A stretch of DNA of 53,795 bases, counting the filler, from Sphacelaria rigidula (lineage: Eukaryota): NCBI GenBank assembly GCA_964200075.2. It is 4 parts of 4 records of this genome, joined end to end, with 100 filler letters (N's around TTAATTAATTAA, not from the genome) between each part and the next. Parts side by side here need not be neighbours in the genome. Positions count along the whole stretch, not along the records: positions 1 to 13,376 come from CAXNAA020002928.1; positions 13,477 to 26,851 come from CAXNAA020002929.1; 2 more parts are not named here. One strand, written 5' to 3'. The notes under the pieces are model-generated. The model saw nothing but the letters and a program-made list of their open reading frames with translations, was not told the DNA's origin and ran no database searches. The translations under genes were made by a program, and so were the position numbers. Below are positions 12,101 to 23,734 of the stretch, one piece after another. Within the stretch, counting starts at the first letter, position 1. Each line of letters starts with the position of its first letter.

Positions 12101-12195
12101 AGCAGACTCATCAGGCGAACATGAGTGATGTGAATAGGCAATCAACTTCGGAGGTTGAAATTGTGCAAAGCGGTACGATACCGTTACATTGTGCT

Positions 12196-13376
12196 GATCG
12201 CGCATAAATAAACCCACACGACACTACCCAGGTTGCGTGGCGTACCACACCCACAACCCCACCTCCTCTGTCCCGGGAAACAAGAGCAATGCAGGACTAC
12301 AATTGCCTGCACGGAACAGTTCACCGGGGCCTAACGTTCAAACCCCGCCGCTTGACAACACGGTTCACTCAAGCAACGTAGGGTCCACTTCCCTTACGAC
12401 CCAAAAAACTCAAGCACCACCTCACGGTAGATTCGTACGCCTTGGGAGTGTCCGAAACACACTTTCGTTTTTACGCAGAAGCAGCACGAGTCGAACCGGA
12501 TGGTAGAGACCCCGTCAGCTTCGCCCGAGGGGTCAGTCGAACGGCTGCAGTCTAGGCCGGGCTTCTGCCACACATCATAGTCGAGACAGTGCTTGAAGAT
12601 CCCGTACATAGATAGCTTCCAAGTTGCCAGAAATCGCGCAAAAAAGCACGGAACCAATTATCTGCTGGAACGCGCGCCTCAAAATACCGATCCCTCCGCA
12701 ACTCATGCATCATCCGTCTCTGTTCATCGCACATCTCAGCCAGCGGAAAGTGTCGCTGATCAAGGTCAACAAATCGAAAAACTTCTAAGAGGGAGGTGGT
12801 GAACAGGCGGGGAACGGGGAAGATGCACCAAACGATCATCCCACCCGGGGGAAAAGCGCGGATATTCATCTTCACCCAGTGAGACAGGAAACCGAAGTAG
12901 GTCGGACAATCGAGTTGGTACAAAGCAAGATAGGCAAAGCGAGAAGAAAGAGGAGCGATACGTATAAAACTTGCAATATTTGGGCATAGCTACTCCATCG
13001 AGGACTGTCAACTGGTCGAGAGGCACAAGAACCCACTCGTTGCTTTGGGGATTTGATGGTGCTCAACGCCGGAACTATCGCCCTGCGGAAGGGAACGCGC
13101 ACAAGCAAAAAGAGCAACAACTACCAAAAAATCGACGAGTAAGATTTTTCAAGGTAGCACGCATGACGCGAGACAATGAGAAACCGGATTGTACGTTGCT
13201 TGAGTGAACCGTGTTGTCAAGCGGCGGGGTTTGAACGTTAGGCCCCGGTGAACTGTTCCGTGCAGGCAATTGTAGTCCTGCATTGCTCTTGTTTCCCGGG
13301 ACAGAGGAGGTGGGGTTGTGGGTGTGGTACGCCACGCAACCTGGGTAGTGTCGTGTGGGTTTATTTATGCGCGATC
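12196..13376. repeat. Perfect 185-bp inverted repeat pair (12196-12380 and 13192-13376) around an 811-bp spacer, cut by the contig end
   Basis: By eye the arms are exact reverse complements; the same peptide MAYHTHNPTSS..SSNV appears on both strands in the ORF track. Confidence 0.92.
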
Positions 13377-13476
13377 NNNNNNNNNNNNNNNNNNNNNNNN
13401 NNNNNNNNNNNNNNNNNNNNTTAATTAATTAANNNNNNNNNNNNNNNNNNNNNNNNNNNNNNNNNNNNNNNNNNNN
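13377..13476. other. Artificial contig spacer
   Basis: N44-TTAATTAATTAA-N44. Confidence 0.98.
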
Positions 13477-14999
13477 TGTTGTCTATCAAGTCTAACAACG
13501 GGCTGTTGCGACATTGCCCTGAACATATTCCCCCCCCCCGAAGATATCCCCCCCCCCCCCCTCCCCCATCCCGTCCCCCATGCTCCATCTGCAGTATCTT
13601 CGGCCATGACTCCGTTGTCCTGTGGTGCTGCTGCTGTAGATCCGACATGTTGGACTCCAGAACGCTGAATTCCAGGGGTTCCACGGCGATCTATAAACAG
13701 CATAAAAGTGGTTTCGCCGCATTTTGCGAACCGCAACGCGGTTCTTCTACAGCGAACCTTTTATTAGGCCATTTCTTACCGATACCAAAAAAGAAGTGGG
13801 AAAGGAACCAAGCAAAAAGAAGAACGTGCATTGGTCACCACGATATGACCCCCCCCCACCCCCCCCCCCCCCCAAGAAACAAGGAGCGGCCCTCCGTTTC
13901 GATAGCGGGGCGTTTTTTTGCGGNNNNNNNNNNAAGAGAGAAGAAAAAAAAAAAAACAAAACAAGAAACATAAATAGAACCCCCCCTTCCCCCCCCCCCC
14001 CCCCCCCTCAAGAAAAAAAGTGGCGCCGCTTTTCTTAGATGCCGTGGGGCCTTTTTTGGCAGCTGCGCATTTAAAAATAAATATTTTTGAATTTTCCGGC
14101 TCCACGAAGACGTTTTATGGGCTGTTCGCCGTGAAGGGCAACATAAACGAGCGGCGCAATGATCTTTGCCGTGGTACACACTACACACCTGTCACCTGGC
14201 CACACAGTCCGGACCTGGGGCATAAGCCCATATAAACTTCTGATCTCACTGCCCCGGGATAGAAAATGAACAGCTCTGGCCGTATCTATTGATCGACTGA
14301 GTACGACGTTCTTGACTCGGGGGAAATTGATTCAAAACTGAGTTAACACGATGATTTCTGTCCAACAGGCGCCGTGTAACACACACGCACACGCACAAAC
14401 GGCCAACGACTCCATCATGAAAGAAAGGTTGTACATACGTACTGACAACCACCGTTTCAACCCACACAGCGCCCTGAGCGCCTAGTGCTACCGATTCTGT
14501 GGCTGTAACACTCACCTGTGGCATCAATCAACACATATATGGTCGAAGAGTGAGCATCCTCAAACACGAGGTGTGCTTTGTCTCGGCTCCAACTGTAACC
14601 CTTGTAACACTTGAACTAATAACAAAACCGGTCCAAGGACCGACACTTGCTGTTGAACGGCTCCTGGAAGGAAAGCTATATGCTCCCTTGACTGTATACT
14701 TGAAGCAGGCTTAGGTGGAGACCCTCGCCCATCAGGATACAATAACATTTTCCATGGAATTCAAGTACGGTGGTCCGTGCCGTCACCCGTCGGGATACTG
14801 TGCAGGGATCGGGAGACCGAAAGATATCTTCATGACATCACCCTGAACAGCGGTGCGGACCCTCGGATACGGCAAGATACTTTTAGAACAACAATTTGCC
14901 CTCTACTCGTACGGTGCACAGATTGCACCGTACTGTCATTATCTAATGGTGTGGTGGTGAGCCCCCGCCCCTTGTGTGCCAAAGCATAGATCCTTCAAT

Positions 15000-15139
15000 A
15001 TGAGCACCAATAAGGCCTTGAAGATTGTCGTGTGTGGGCCCACGAAGGGTGGAAAGACCTCTATTGCCAACTTCATCGCTGGTCATTCGGAGCAGCTCGG
15101 CAACCCAAACATGACGTACGATCCAACGGTTGGAGCAAG
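15000..15139 (+). CDS. IFT22: IFT22 exon 1 (P-loop)
   Basis: ATG at 15000; GPTKGGKT; donor AAG|GTATTC. Confidence 0.93.
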
Positions 15140-18100
15140 GTATTCAAGCTGTGGACTACTTCTGCACGGTACAATACAACGCAGTACAGTGCAGTGCGGT
15201 AATTTAGTTCTTGCCGCCGTCGCCGCAACAACAAATCGAGCTCAACGATACAAGGTTGTGTTCTGCAGGGTACGGGTATGTTTGTAGAGCTCTAGGGTAT
15301 GACATTCCTTCCAGAAGTTACAGAAATATCGGGTACCGCTATGAAAGTCTTACAAAGTCACAGAACTTTTCGGGTGCGGTATGAGAGGCTTACAGAACTC
15401 ATAGAACCAGCCGAGTAGTAGGGTATGGTGGATACTGTACAGAACCCGTAACCCCAATCGGGTACTTCTTCATGGGTACCCATGTCCCGGGTAAGAGTAA
15501 ACACTGTGTACAGACCTCACAGAACTTGTCGAGTATGGTGTGGGGCTATACAGAAAATAGTACCCGCAGCCGGGAATCTCATGAAGAGCATACCCGTGCC
15601 CTCGGTAACAGTGCCGAAGGCTTACAGAACTCACTGCACGATCGGGTAAGGGTGTAAAAGCTTTACACAAGTTACAATACTGTCGGGTAAAGGTATGGAT
15701 ATAGAAAACCGTACCCTTACCGGGGTATTTTCATATGTTATGAGGTCCTTAACACCGTCCGTCATCGCTACATACTCTGCCTCGGTAGTAAATAGGGTGA
15801 CGCACTTCTGCTTCCTAGAAAACCAAGACACTAGCGTACCTCCACAGCAAATAGCTACACCGGAAACGGAACGCCGGTCTCGGCCTTATGGGCGTAGTCT
15901 GCATCAACATACGTATCCAAACCAAACTCCAACTGAATATATCCCAAGTTGCTACCCTTCTTGAAAAGTAAACCTGAGTCCGACGTAGCATTCAAATACT
16001 TGAGTCAGCTTGGGTTCATGAGAGAACCGAGCGACTGCTCGAACTACTTTCGCGATATCGGGCCTCGTTTGGTTCGGTGCCCACATGAAGCTTCCCACAA
16101 TCTCACGGAAAGGCACATCCACCACGGTATCTCCTTCGCTCGCATGCCTGAGGTCTGAAGAAGGGGTAGCGGCAATGGGGCTAGTCTTCGAGACGTCGAA
16201 ACAATTTAGCACACTCTTTTTGAAATGGGTTTGCGAAATCTCCAAAATACCTTTGTCCCCGTCTCTTTTGTACTCACTCCCCATGTACCACTCTACCTCC
16301 CCGAGATGTTAAGTGGGAAATCTCTGATTGAGTGCACCGACTATTACCTTAGTAACTTCCTCAGTAGCTGCTATCATGATATCGTCCACATGAAAGATCA
16401 CCATCGCCACAACGTCTTCACAGCAACCCTCAGTCGGAACACGCAGGGATCTACCAAGCATTGCTCAAAACCACACTCCACCAGGGATGGCGACAATAGT
16501 TTCTACCATGCACGACCACTCTGCTTCAAACCGTACAAAGCCTTGTTGAGGTGGACCTTACCAGATACGGATCCACAACCGGGGGGTAGGCGTAAGTAGA
16601 TATCGGTGTTCAACTCCGACTGAATGAAAACATGGTCTACATGCAAGTGCCTCAAATCCCAATCTAGCTTGCATGCCATAGCCGCCACTAACCTGTTCAA
16701 GGTAGCAGATACCGTAGGGGCAAATGTGTCAACATAGCCTACTCCCTCCACCTGACTATACCTCATAGCTACCATACGGGCTTTCGCCCCGTCAATCATA
16801 GGATGTGAATCACTTTTCCAATTATACACCCACTTCGCGCCCACAATATTGCACGCCTCTGGAATGCCAGTCACGTCTGCGAACGTTCCGGCAGCCATAA
16901 GCCCATCGAACTCATTTCTCATCGCTTCCATCCACACATCCAAGTCAGACAACGGCTCCGGCCCCGCTTCCTTGACAAAACATTGAGGGAACTCGCTCGG
17001 CTTACAGGTAACCTCCTGTACCGCCAGCAGGCCATGGATTATTTTGCCCGGGTTATGTCGTCTCTCTGAGCATGATAGTACGCAGTTCGTACTCATAGTC
17101 GCTTGTGAGTACCTCAACTATCATGAGGTTAACATCTTCCACAGGCCTACGTACCCCTAGTGCCACTAGTACGCCCACAATCTTATCCACGCGCGCGAAA
17201 AACGTGATCGGATCTTCCCTTTTCCCCATCTGCAACTCGTTAAAAAGGCGTTTCCACTTAGATTTTTCAGAGAGAGTTCTCGGGAGAAACCAGTTACATA
17301 AAAAGCGCCATCCTACACTCGGGGAGTTTGTGTCGAACACCCTATTTAATGATTCGCGGTCAGTGATACTCTCTGTCAAATATGTCCAAGCAATACGTGC
17401 TCGCCTTATGCTTGTCTCACCAAAACTTTGGTCAACCAAAACTGTGAACTAACTGAAGGATCACCTACGGGCATATCCATAGCCATACTGAAAGCCTGCA
17501 TACAACCGTTGGATGAAGCGAAACCCTCAAATCGTATTTTTTCATGAAGGAAAATCAACAATTCCTCCTAACTTGGGAACAGCAGCTTTGATGTTGCTCA
17601 TTTCTCTAGGATTCAACGCGAAAGTGCCACCTCCTGCAATCCCAACCTCACCGACAGCTGCCAGCAGGCGATCGGTGGTGATTCCACCTCTACGACCGGA
17701 AGCAGACCCTGCCCGCTCCACGCCCATAGTACCATCGAGATATGATGGTTGATCGCCACTGATGGATCTTTCAATTCGTCCGCCTCTGCTTTCCTGGGCA
17801 GCCTCGACACGTGACAACATTTCTACCAAGGTCCCTGTCTGCGCCTCAATTCTTGCGCCTCGAGCAGCGTCCTCAATTCTTCCACTGCACTGTCTTGATC
17901 AGTCATCTCAGAGCAACGATCCAAGTTCGAACTTAACGTTAACGTATTCGAATGATTTTGTTGATCAGATGGTGTTGCAGCAACAACATCCCATTTCTGT
18001 GTGCTCGAACAGCTTACTGCCCGGTTGCAGTAACTGGGACAAATATGACGGTTTGTTGCAAGTCTTTATTATTACTATCCACACTTAGGAAATTGTGTGT

Positions 18101-21100
18101 TAAGAGGTGAGGGAGGCGAGTGAGGGAGTAGGGCGTAGAGCACTACCCCGTAACGACAGCATACGACCCAAAATCTACAGTCGGCGCAAGATACGCACAG
18201 ATACGATCATAGTTCTCAAAATATAGGAGCTCGGAACAATTTGCCTTTCTCCAATCACAAGAAACGTTCTCAGTAACTTTGCCAGAATAATCGAATACCT
18301 CGCAATTTCCCCGCTCATGATTTCGGCTTCTGTTCGTAGATCAACTACATTGAACATCGGGTAGGGGTATGCCAGTGATACAGAGATTACACAACTGTCA
18401 GGTACCGGTATGAAGTCTCAAATAATTACAGAACTTGTAGGCTAGGGCATGGGAGGCTGACAGAAAAATCGTACCGGCACCCGTTTTTTTCAAGGACATA
18501 CCTGTGCCCCAGGTAAGGGTAAAATTTCTGTGCAGAACTCGCAGAACTGTCGAGTAAGGGTATGAGAGAGTTACAGAACTCACAGAACCTGTCGGGTAGG
18601 GTATGGGTGCAGTACTGAAAACCGAACCGTCCCCCGGATTTGTTTCTCATACGGACACTTTTACAAGGGTATACCCATGCTCCCGGTAAGGATACGAGAG
18701 GATTACAGAACTCACAGCACTATCGGGCATGGGTATGAAAATCTTACAGGGGTCACAGAACTGTCGGATAACGGTACGAAAGTTTTACAAAGTCGCAGAA
18801 CTGTCGGGACAGTAAATACCCGGGAAAACACCCCGGGTACACAAAAACAACATACCCTACAGAACACAGCCTTGCCAAGAGATACTTGACCTTGAAGAAT
18901 CCTCGTCGATGTGTCTGCTATTGGTTCATGGTTCTGTTGTCATTGTCATTGTCGTCGTCGTCGTCGTCGTCGTCGTTCGTCAGTGGAGCATTTACGAGCC
19001 AAGCACCAGCGTGTGCGGTGTGTGTTACGCAGTTTGTTGCCACACGGGGTACACTATACCCCCGTCTTAGCAAGCGAACAATAAAAATTACAGCCAAAGT
19101 CGACCCCTAGCTCGTGCACTGCCGCACCTTACCTCCCGAGTATCGTCCTATCGGTCGTGTGTTTGAGTACTTCCTCTGTCCCTTGAGAAAAGTAGATTAT
19201 GGGTGCAGATAAAACCTTCCCAACTGAGGTCCCTGGGTTGCTATGGTGAGGTTCATTGAAAAGATTACCAGTATGTTATACGATAGAGCCATTGTTATTG
19301 AGAGCTTTCCGGACGAAATTACCCATATTTGGGGAATACTGTGAGGATTTCTTGAGGTTGGTCTAGAACTGTCCGTTTTATTCAAGAAATTCGACGTTAA
19401 CTCGCCAACAACCTACCTCAACCACGATTGACTCGCCCGTGCACGAACCCCACATCGTAAACGGAGCCCAAAAGTATCATTGGGCCACTGTTACGCGATG
19501 GCTGCGGAGATGGCGCTGGCCATCCTGCCAGGCAAGTCAAAGGTGCCGCAGGGCATTTTACGTTCGCTCACCGAGCACTATGGTGTTGGTCCCGAGCATC
19601 CGACGAAACTATGGGGGAAAGTGCAAAGCTCAAGTAGACGACACCGGGGGCTCGATCTCTCGAACAAACGTCGGACTGCGCGGCCGCCGCTTCTTACCCC
19701 AACAAAGACCGCGGCGCTCCGGATGGTCAACAAGCAGACTCGGTCATTGACGTTCTGGGAAGTGTCCAATCGGCTGAAAGAGATCGGGCTGAGATCCGGC
19801 TCAGAGACTATGAGGGGGCGGTACAAGGAGGGGGCGGAAATGGTGGCTCGCCGCATCAAACCGTCCCTTTCCGAGGGCTAGAAGAAGCGCTAGGTCGATT
19901 TTGTCTGCGATCAGGTAGATGACACAACCGGTAACTTCTTTCACCGAGGATACACCATCCATATGGACGAAAGCTATTTTCTTCTTCTGAGACTCTAGGA
20001 GAACGTTCGAGTCTTCCCGGATGAAGCTCTTCTCGGGTCTCCCCGCGTACAGCACAACAGCCACCTTCCAAAGATTTATATTGATTGTGGCAAACGCTCG
20101 GCCGGATCCACGCCACGACCTCGGTGGAAAATATCTATATCTGACGCATTTGCTTCCTGGAAACAGCCGAGCGATGGCTCCAGATAAGCGAAGAGGGGAG
20201 AGGAGTACGAATCCGAGTGCACCATCGACGCCGAGTGGTGCAAGACGTGACAGCTCGGCGAACTCCTTCCTGCAGTCAAGCTCAAGATGCCGTGGCTACA
20301 TTCGAAGCGAGTAGTTGTCGTAGTGCAGCAGGAAGGCGCGAGCCCCACACGGGATAGAGCAACCCCGAAATTGATAACTCTGGGATGCGGTGGCATCGGA
20401 TGGTAGAGCTTATGACGTAACCTCTCCCAGTCGCCTGACTTGAACAGTAACGACTTGGGCTTCATCGCATCACTTCAGTCAAGGGTATGGGGGACGAACG
20501 CTAGTTAGATCGGCGAGTAAGTGGAGACTATCTTCAAGAAGTACGACGAGTACCACGGGAACACGTTAGAAAGGGCTTGGCAAAGCCACTTCAAGGCTTA
20601 CAAGCAAGCACTCCCTAAGTTGGGCGATAACGGCTTCAGTGTGGAGTATAACGGGATTGCGGCACGGCAGAGAACGGTAACATTGGACAGGGTGGCGAAA
20701 TACGAGAATGAGGCCTTCCCCAACGCCTGGAACCACCTGGCATCAAGTTCCAATGACTTCAAGTAATACCAACTTGTTTCACACTTTTTTAAGGTCCCCT
20801 GCACGCCGGAATAGGGGCGAAATACCCGTATTTTGGGGAGAATGTTTTTTCTCGGCCGTTCGCCCACGTAGGGTACTGTACGAAAAAAATAGAAAGGGTT
20901 CAACTACAACAACCTTAGAGATTGCACAAACATTACCGCCTAACACATCGAACACGGTGAAGCGCCCGTGTGAACATAGACGTTGCTTATGGGACAGAAT
21001 AACTATATTGCAGCCCAGGTACGTTCACTGCAGCGATGCAGGAGAGGCTGGACGGCTATTGGACATTACTTAATCTCTTCTATATTTTGAATCGTAGCGT

Positions 21101-22406
21101 AAAGCAATGTGTCTGTACTTGTATTGAAATTTTGAGGTGGTGTCGAAATGCCCGTTGCTCTATGTTCGACTGGTGTAGATCAGGCAGCAGCATTACAGGA
21201 GGGTTACTCCGCAGCTCACCGCATTCACGGTAGCGGCAGCCCTCTTATCCCGCATGGCTACCTCGTCCCCATGAAACACGCCGATGCTTGCCGAGAAAAG
21301 GATACTGGAGTGCGAAAAGCAGCCGGGCCTATCGGGTGGCAAAATACCTATCGAGATCTGGGATGTGTCCGGAGATCAAAGGCGAGCATCAAGGGCCGTA
21401 CCAGTACTGTATTGGGTGAAATGCTACAGGCGTTGTCGTTAGATGCATCGCATTTATTGAAAAGTTGAAGCGATAGGTCCTCCATGTCGATTATCTCTCC
21501 ACATCACGCCCAATACTGAAAACATGCTGTGAATGTGTGCCGTGAGGTGAGATACAAGAAGAGAATAACAGAGCAGAGGGAAAACATGGCCTGAGAACGC
21601 CGCGAACACTTGGGCATTCAAGCCAAACATGTGAGCGGTGAAACCAAACGTGGCAATGCCACGTCGATCAGGAGGATAAACTCATTCCTCAGAATTAACA
21701 AGAGTTCCGCTTACCCTTCATATCGCGACCGCCTCCTTGCGGGGCAAAACATGACCGTCCACTTACCTGCAGCTTCGAGTCGTGCTGGCCGGCAGTTATG
21801 AAGGACTTGGACGGAGTGATCATCGTCTACAACCCAGAGATACCCACCCATGATACTGAAGTTGGGATCTGGTGAGAGAGAAACGTACAACTAGACGTAT
21901 GTGCGCTTCAGGCATGCGAAATGCCACAAAAATACGCGAGGTATCCAGACGAAAAGTTTTGCACATGGTCATCCGTCCGGTGTACAGCGGATCGACTATC
22001 CAGGGTTCACTGCGAACCAGCAAGCTTGTAGAATATGAAGTCTTTCGCTGAGACCGGTGCTCCGCGAGAAGATTCGGTACCTCACATGTTCTAGGACAGG
22101 CAAAAGGTTATAGGTCGTTCTTGTTTAAATTCGCTCGATAGACCCTCGGTCAAGCTGTGCTGCTTGACTCGCACGCACCGATGAGAATTGTCTTTACCTC
22201 TTGTGCTGTCTCTCCTCTCACTTCTTGATTTCAAGGTACGATCAATTTGTGAAGAGGCAGAAGCTCTCCGACGAGCAGTGTCAGGTATTCGCGCACAGGA
22301 TCAGCAGAACACCTGCTCCAAGATCGCGTCCACGTGAGACGGTCTTGCGTTCATATGTCAAACTCTGACCATTTTTACCACCACCACCACCACCACCACC
22401 ACCACC

Positions 22407-22437
<31 letters not shown>

Positions 22438-23734
22438 ACAGTGGATTCTCGAAAATGGGGTTGAAAAAATAATGAGGTTCAACTCAAAAGCCGTGCTTTC
22501 CTTGACCTGAATTCATGACAAATGACTTTCACACGGACGACCTCATCCCTCCCGACCTCCCTAGAACTGTTTCGGGGAATTTCTAGCCTTCTGTTCCCCC
22601 ACAGGATATGTGCGAAAGCACTCTTTTGCCTCGATTTCGGGGTGAAGAAAATACGTGTTTTTGCCCAAAAATCGTGCTTTCGCGCACACATCCTTCGGGG
22701 GAATGGAAGGCTATAAATCCCCCAAAATAGTTTCAGGGAGGTCAGGAGGGATGGGGTCATCCATATGAAAGTCATTTGTCATGAATTTAGGTCAGGGGAA
22801 GCACGGCTTTTGAGTTGAATCTCATTTTTTTTCAACCCCATTTTCGAGAATTCACTGTTTACTACTACTACACAAGCGGATTCACCCACAGTAGCAACTA
22901 TGTGCTCCGCGCAAACGAGACGTACGTAGCGACCGGGGAACTTGAAAGACGCTGCTACCTGAACGGTTCAGTGGTGGAATCCATGAAAGACTGAAATGCG
23001 GGTAGGGGCATACCATAAGGCGAGAAAGACAAGAGAGTCTTAGGGAATAGGCTACAATTAATTCGCAATTCTCGGCCCGAAATAGCTCTGCTCTTGAATT
23101 TTTATGACGAAATATATATATATATATGTATATACATTCTGGTTGACCAGTTGACTCTTGAATATGACGCTGAATATGTAGATAAACGCCAACCGCTACT
23201 CCCGAACGTGTTTCGTCTCAGAGGGTACGCACGGAACAGCGTTGGAGTCCGTGCCGGGTAATGTCGGAAAGTCGATAAACAGGGTTGCCCAGATTTGTGC
23301 TTACGTTCTGCGCCTTCGTTCGTGCAAAAATAAATTGAGTGGGGAACGGTGTTTTCTTTTCCATCTGCAATAACACTAGAAGACCTATTTCGTGGATCAG
23401 TACCGCAAAAAGGTCAAAACAAATGCTTCCACCGGAAAACTCGTAGAGTACTTCTCTATGAAACCCGATCCCAGTCGCAGATGTTTCCCCTTGATCCCAT
23501 TCATGCTGCGGACAGAAAAACGTGTGGCGCGACTAATGATGAACGATTTTCCGCCAAAAATTATGTTGTTGCGATTAAAAATCATCGTGTCCTTCTGCCC
23601 CAGCGCCGAAACTGGCTGGCCTGACCAACGTAATGCACACCAACTTCGGGTCGGTGACTCAGATTCTCACTGGCTTTGAGGATTACTTGAGAGGCGTACA
23701 TCAAGCGGCGGGCTCTCGCTCGCGTGTCGGGTGA
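15000..23734 (+). CDS. IFT22: Intraflagellar transport protein 22 (RABL5), Rab-like small GTPase; complete 5-exon gene, 182 aa
   Basis: Exons 15000-15139, 21301-21381, 21773-21871, 22236-22333 and 23604-23734 splice in consistent phase (549 nt). Product: MSTNKALKIVVCGPTKGGKTSIANFIAG..YDPTVGARILECE..IEIWDVSGDQSFESCWPAVMKDLDGVIIVYNPEIPTHDTEVGIWYDQFVKRQKLSDEQCQVFAHR..PPKL..GFEDYL..*. It has the P-loop GxxxxGKT, the DxxG motif and the ESCWPA motif, and lacks NKxD, all typical of IFT22. Confidence 0.95.
15251..18874. mobile_element. Non-autonomous hAT-type element (same family as 4414-6217), split by a copia insertion
   Basis: TIR CAAGGTTGTGTTCTGCAGGGTACG at 15251; TIR ..CCCTACAGAACACAGCCTTG ending 18874; ACAGAACT-rich arms at 15251-15735 and 18357-18874; TSD is degenerate. 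Confidence 0.88.
15735..18356 (-). mobile_element. Truncated, internally deleted Ty1/copia retrotransposon
   Basis: LTR-like start TGTTCAATG at 18356; gag-like ORFs 17053-17829 (..LQMGKREDPITFFARVDKIV..); RT WMEAMRNE..KWVY..KARMVA..TFAP..LYGLKQSGRAW (16503-16960); RNase H SWFSRKQKCVTLFTTEAEYVA (~15750-15830). Protease, integrase and 3' LTR are absent. Confidence 0.92.
19170..21003 (+). mobile_element. Degenerate Tc1/mariner transposon, DD39D (plant-mariner/Stowaway-related) type
   Basis: Left TIR TA|CTTCCTCTGTCCC, decayed right TIR GGGACAGAATAAC|TA. Transposase relics: IHMDESYF (D at 19966), VVQQEGASP (second acidic residue at 20332), SQSPDLNSNDLGF (third D at 20452, 39 codons between), and C-terminal LGDNGFSV. 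Confidence 0.88.
21301..21381 (+). CDS. IFT22: IFT22 exon 2
   Basis: (R)ILECEKQPGLSGGKIPIEIWDVSGDQ; GC donor AAG|GCGAGC. Confidence 0.9.
21773..21871 (+). CDS. IFT22: IFT22 exon 3
   Basis: FESCWPAVMKDLDGVIIVYNPEIPTHDTEVGIW; acceptor CTGCAG|, donor |GTGAGA. Confidence 0.93.
22236..22333 (+). CDS. IFT22: IFT22 exon 4
   Basis: YDQFVKRQKLSDEQCQVFAHRISRTPAPRSRP; donor |GTGAGA. Confidence 0.9.
22377..22437. repeat. Compound microsatellite (CAC)n(TAC)n
   Basis: Read directly from the sequence. Confidence 0.95.
22437..22859. mobile_element. Foldback MITE, family A copy 1 (IFT22 intron 4)
   Basis: ~190-bp imperfect TIRs AACAGTGGATTCTCGAAAATGGGGTTGAA..TTCAACCCCATTTTCGAGAATTCACTGTT; second copy at 30172-30593. 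Confidence 0.9.
23604..23734 (+). CDS. IFT22: IFT22 exon 5 (terminal)
   Basis: Acceptor CCCCAG|, matching phase 1; PKLAGLTNVMHTNFGSVTQILTGFEDYLRGVHQAAGSRSRVG*. Confidence 0.85.

Noticed and set aside
13477-14110. Pro/Gly/Lys-rich ORFs
   Set aside because: Homopolymer-rich, low-quality contig start with an internal N run.
14190-14747. Possible solo LTR (TG..CA) sharing GTCACCTGG.CACACA with 26449
   Set aside because: No TSD (ACACC vs TTTTC) and the match to 26449 is only ~16 bp.
20997-21020. Mini-exon candidate ending CAG|GTACGT in IFT22 intron 1
   Set aside because: It overlaps the mariner right TIR and would interrupt the conserved GAR-ILE junction.
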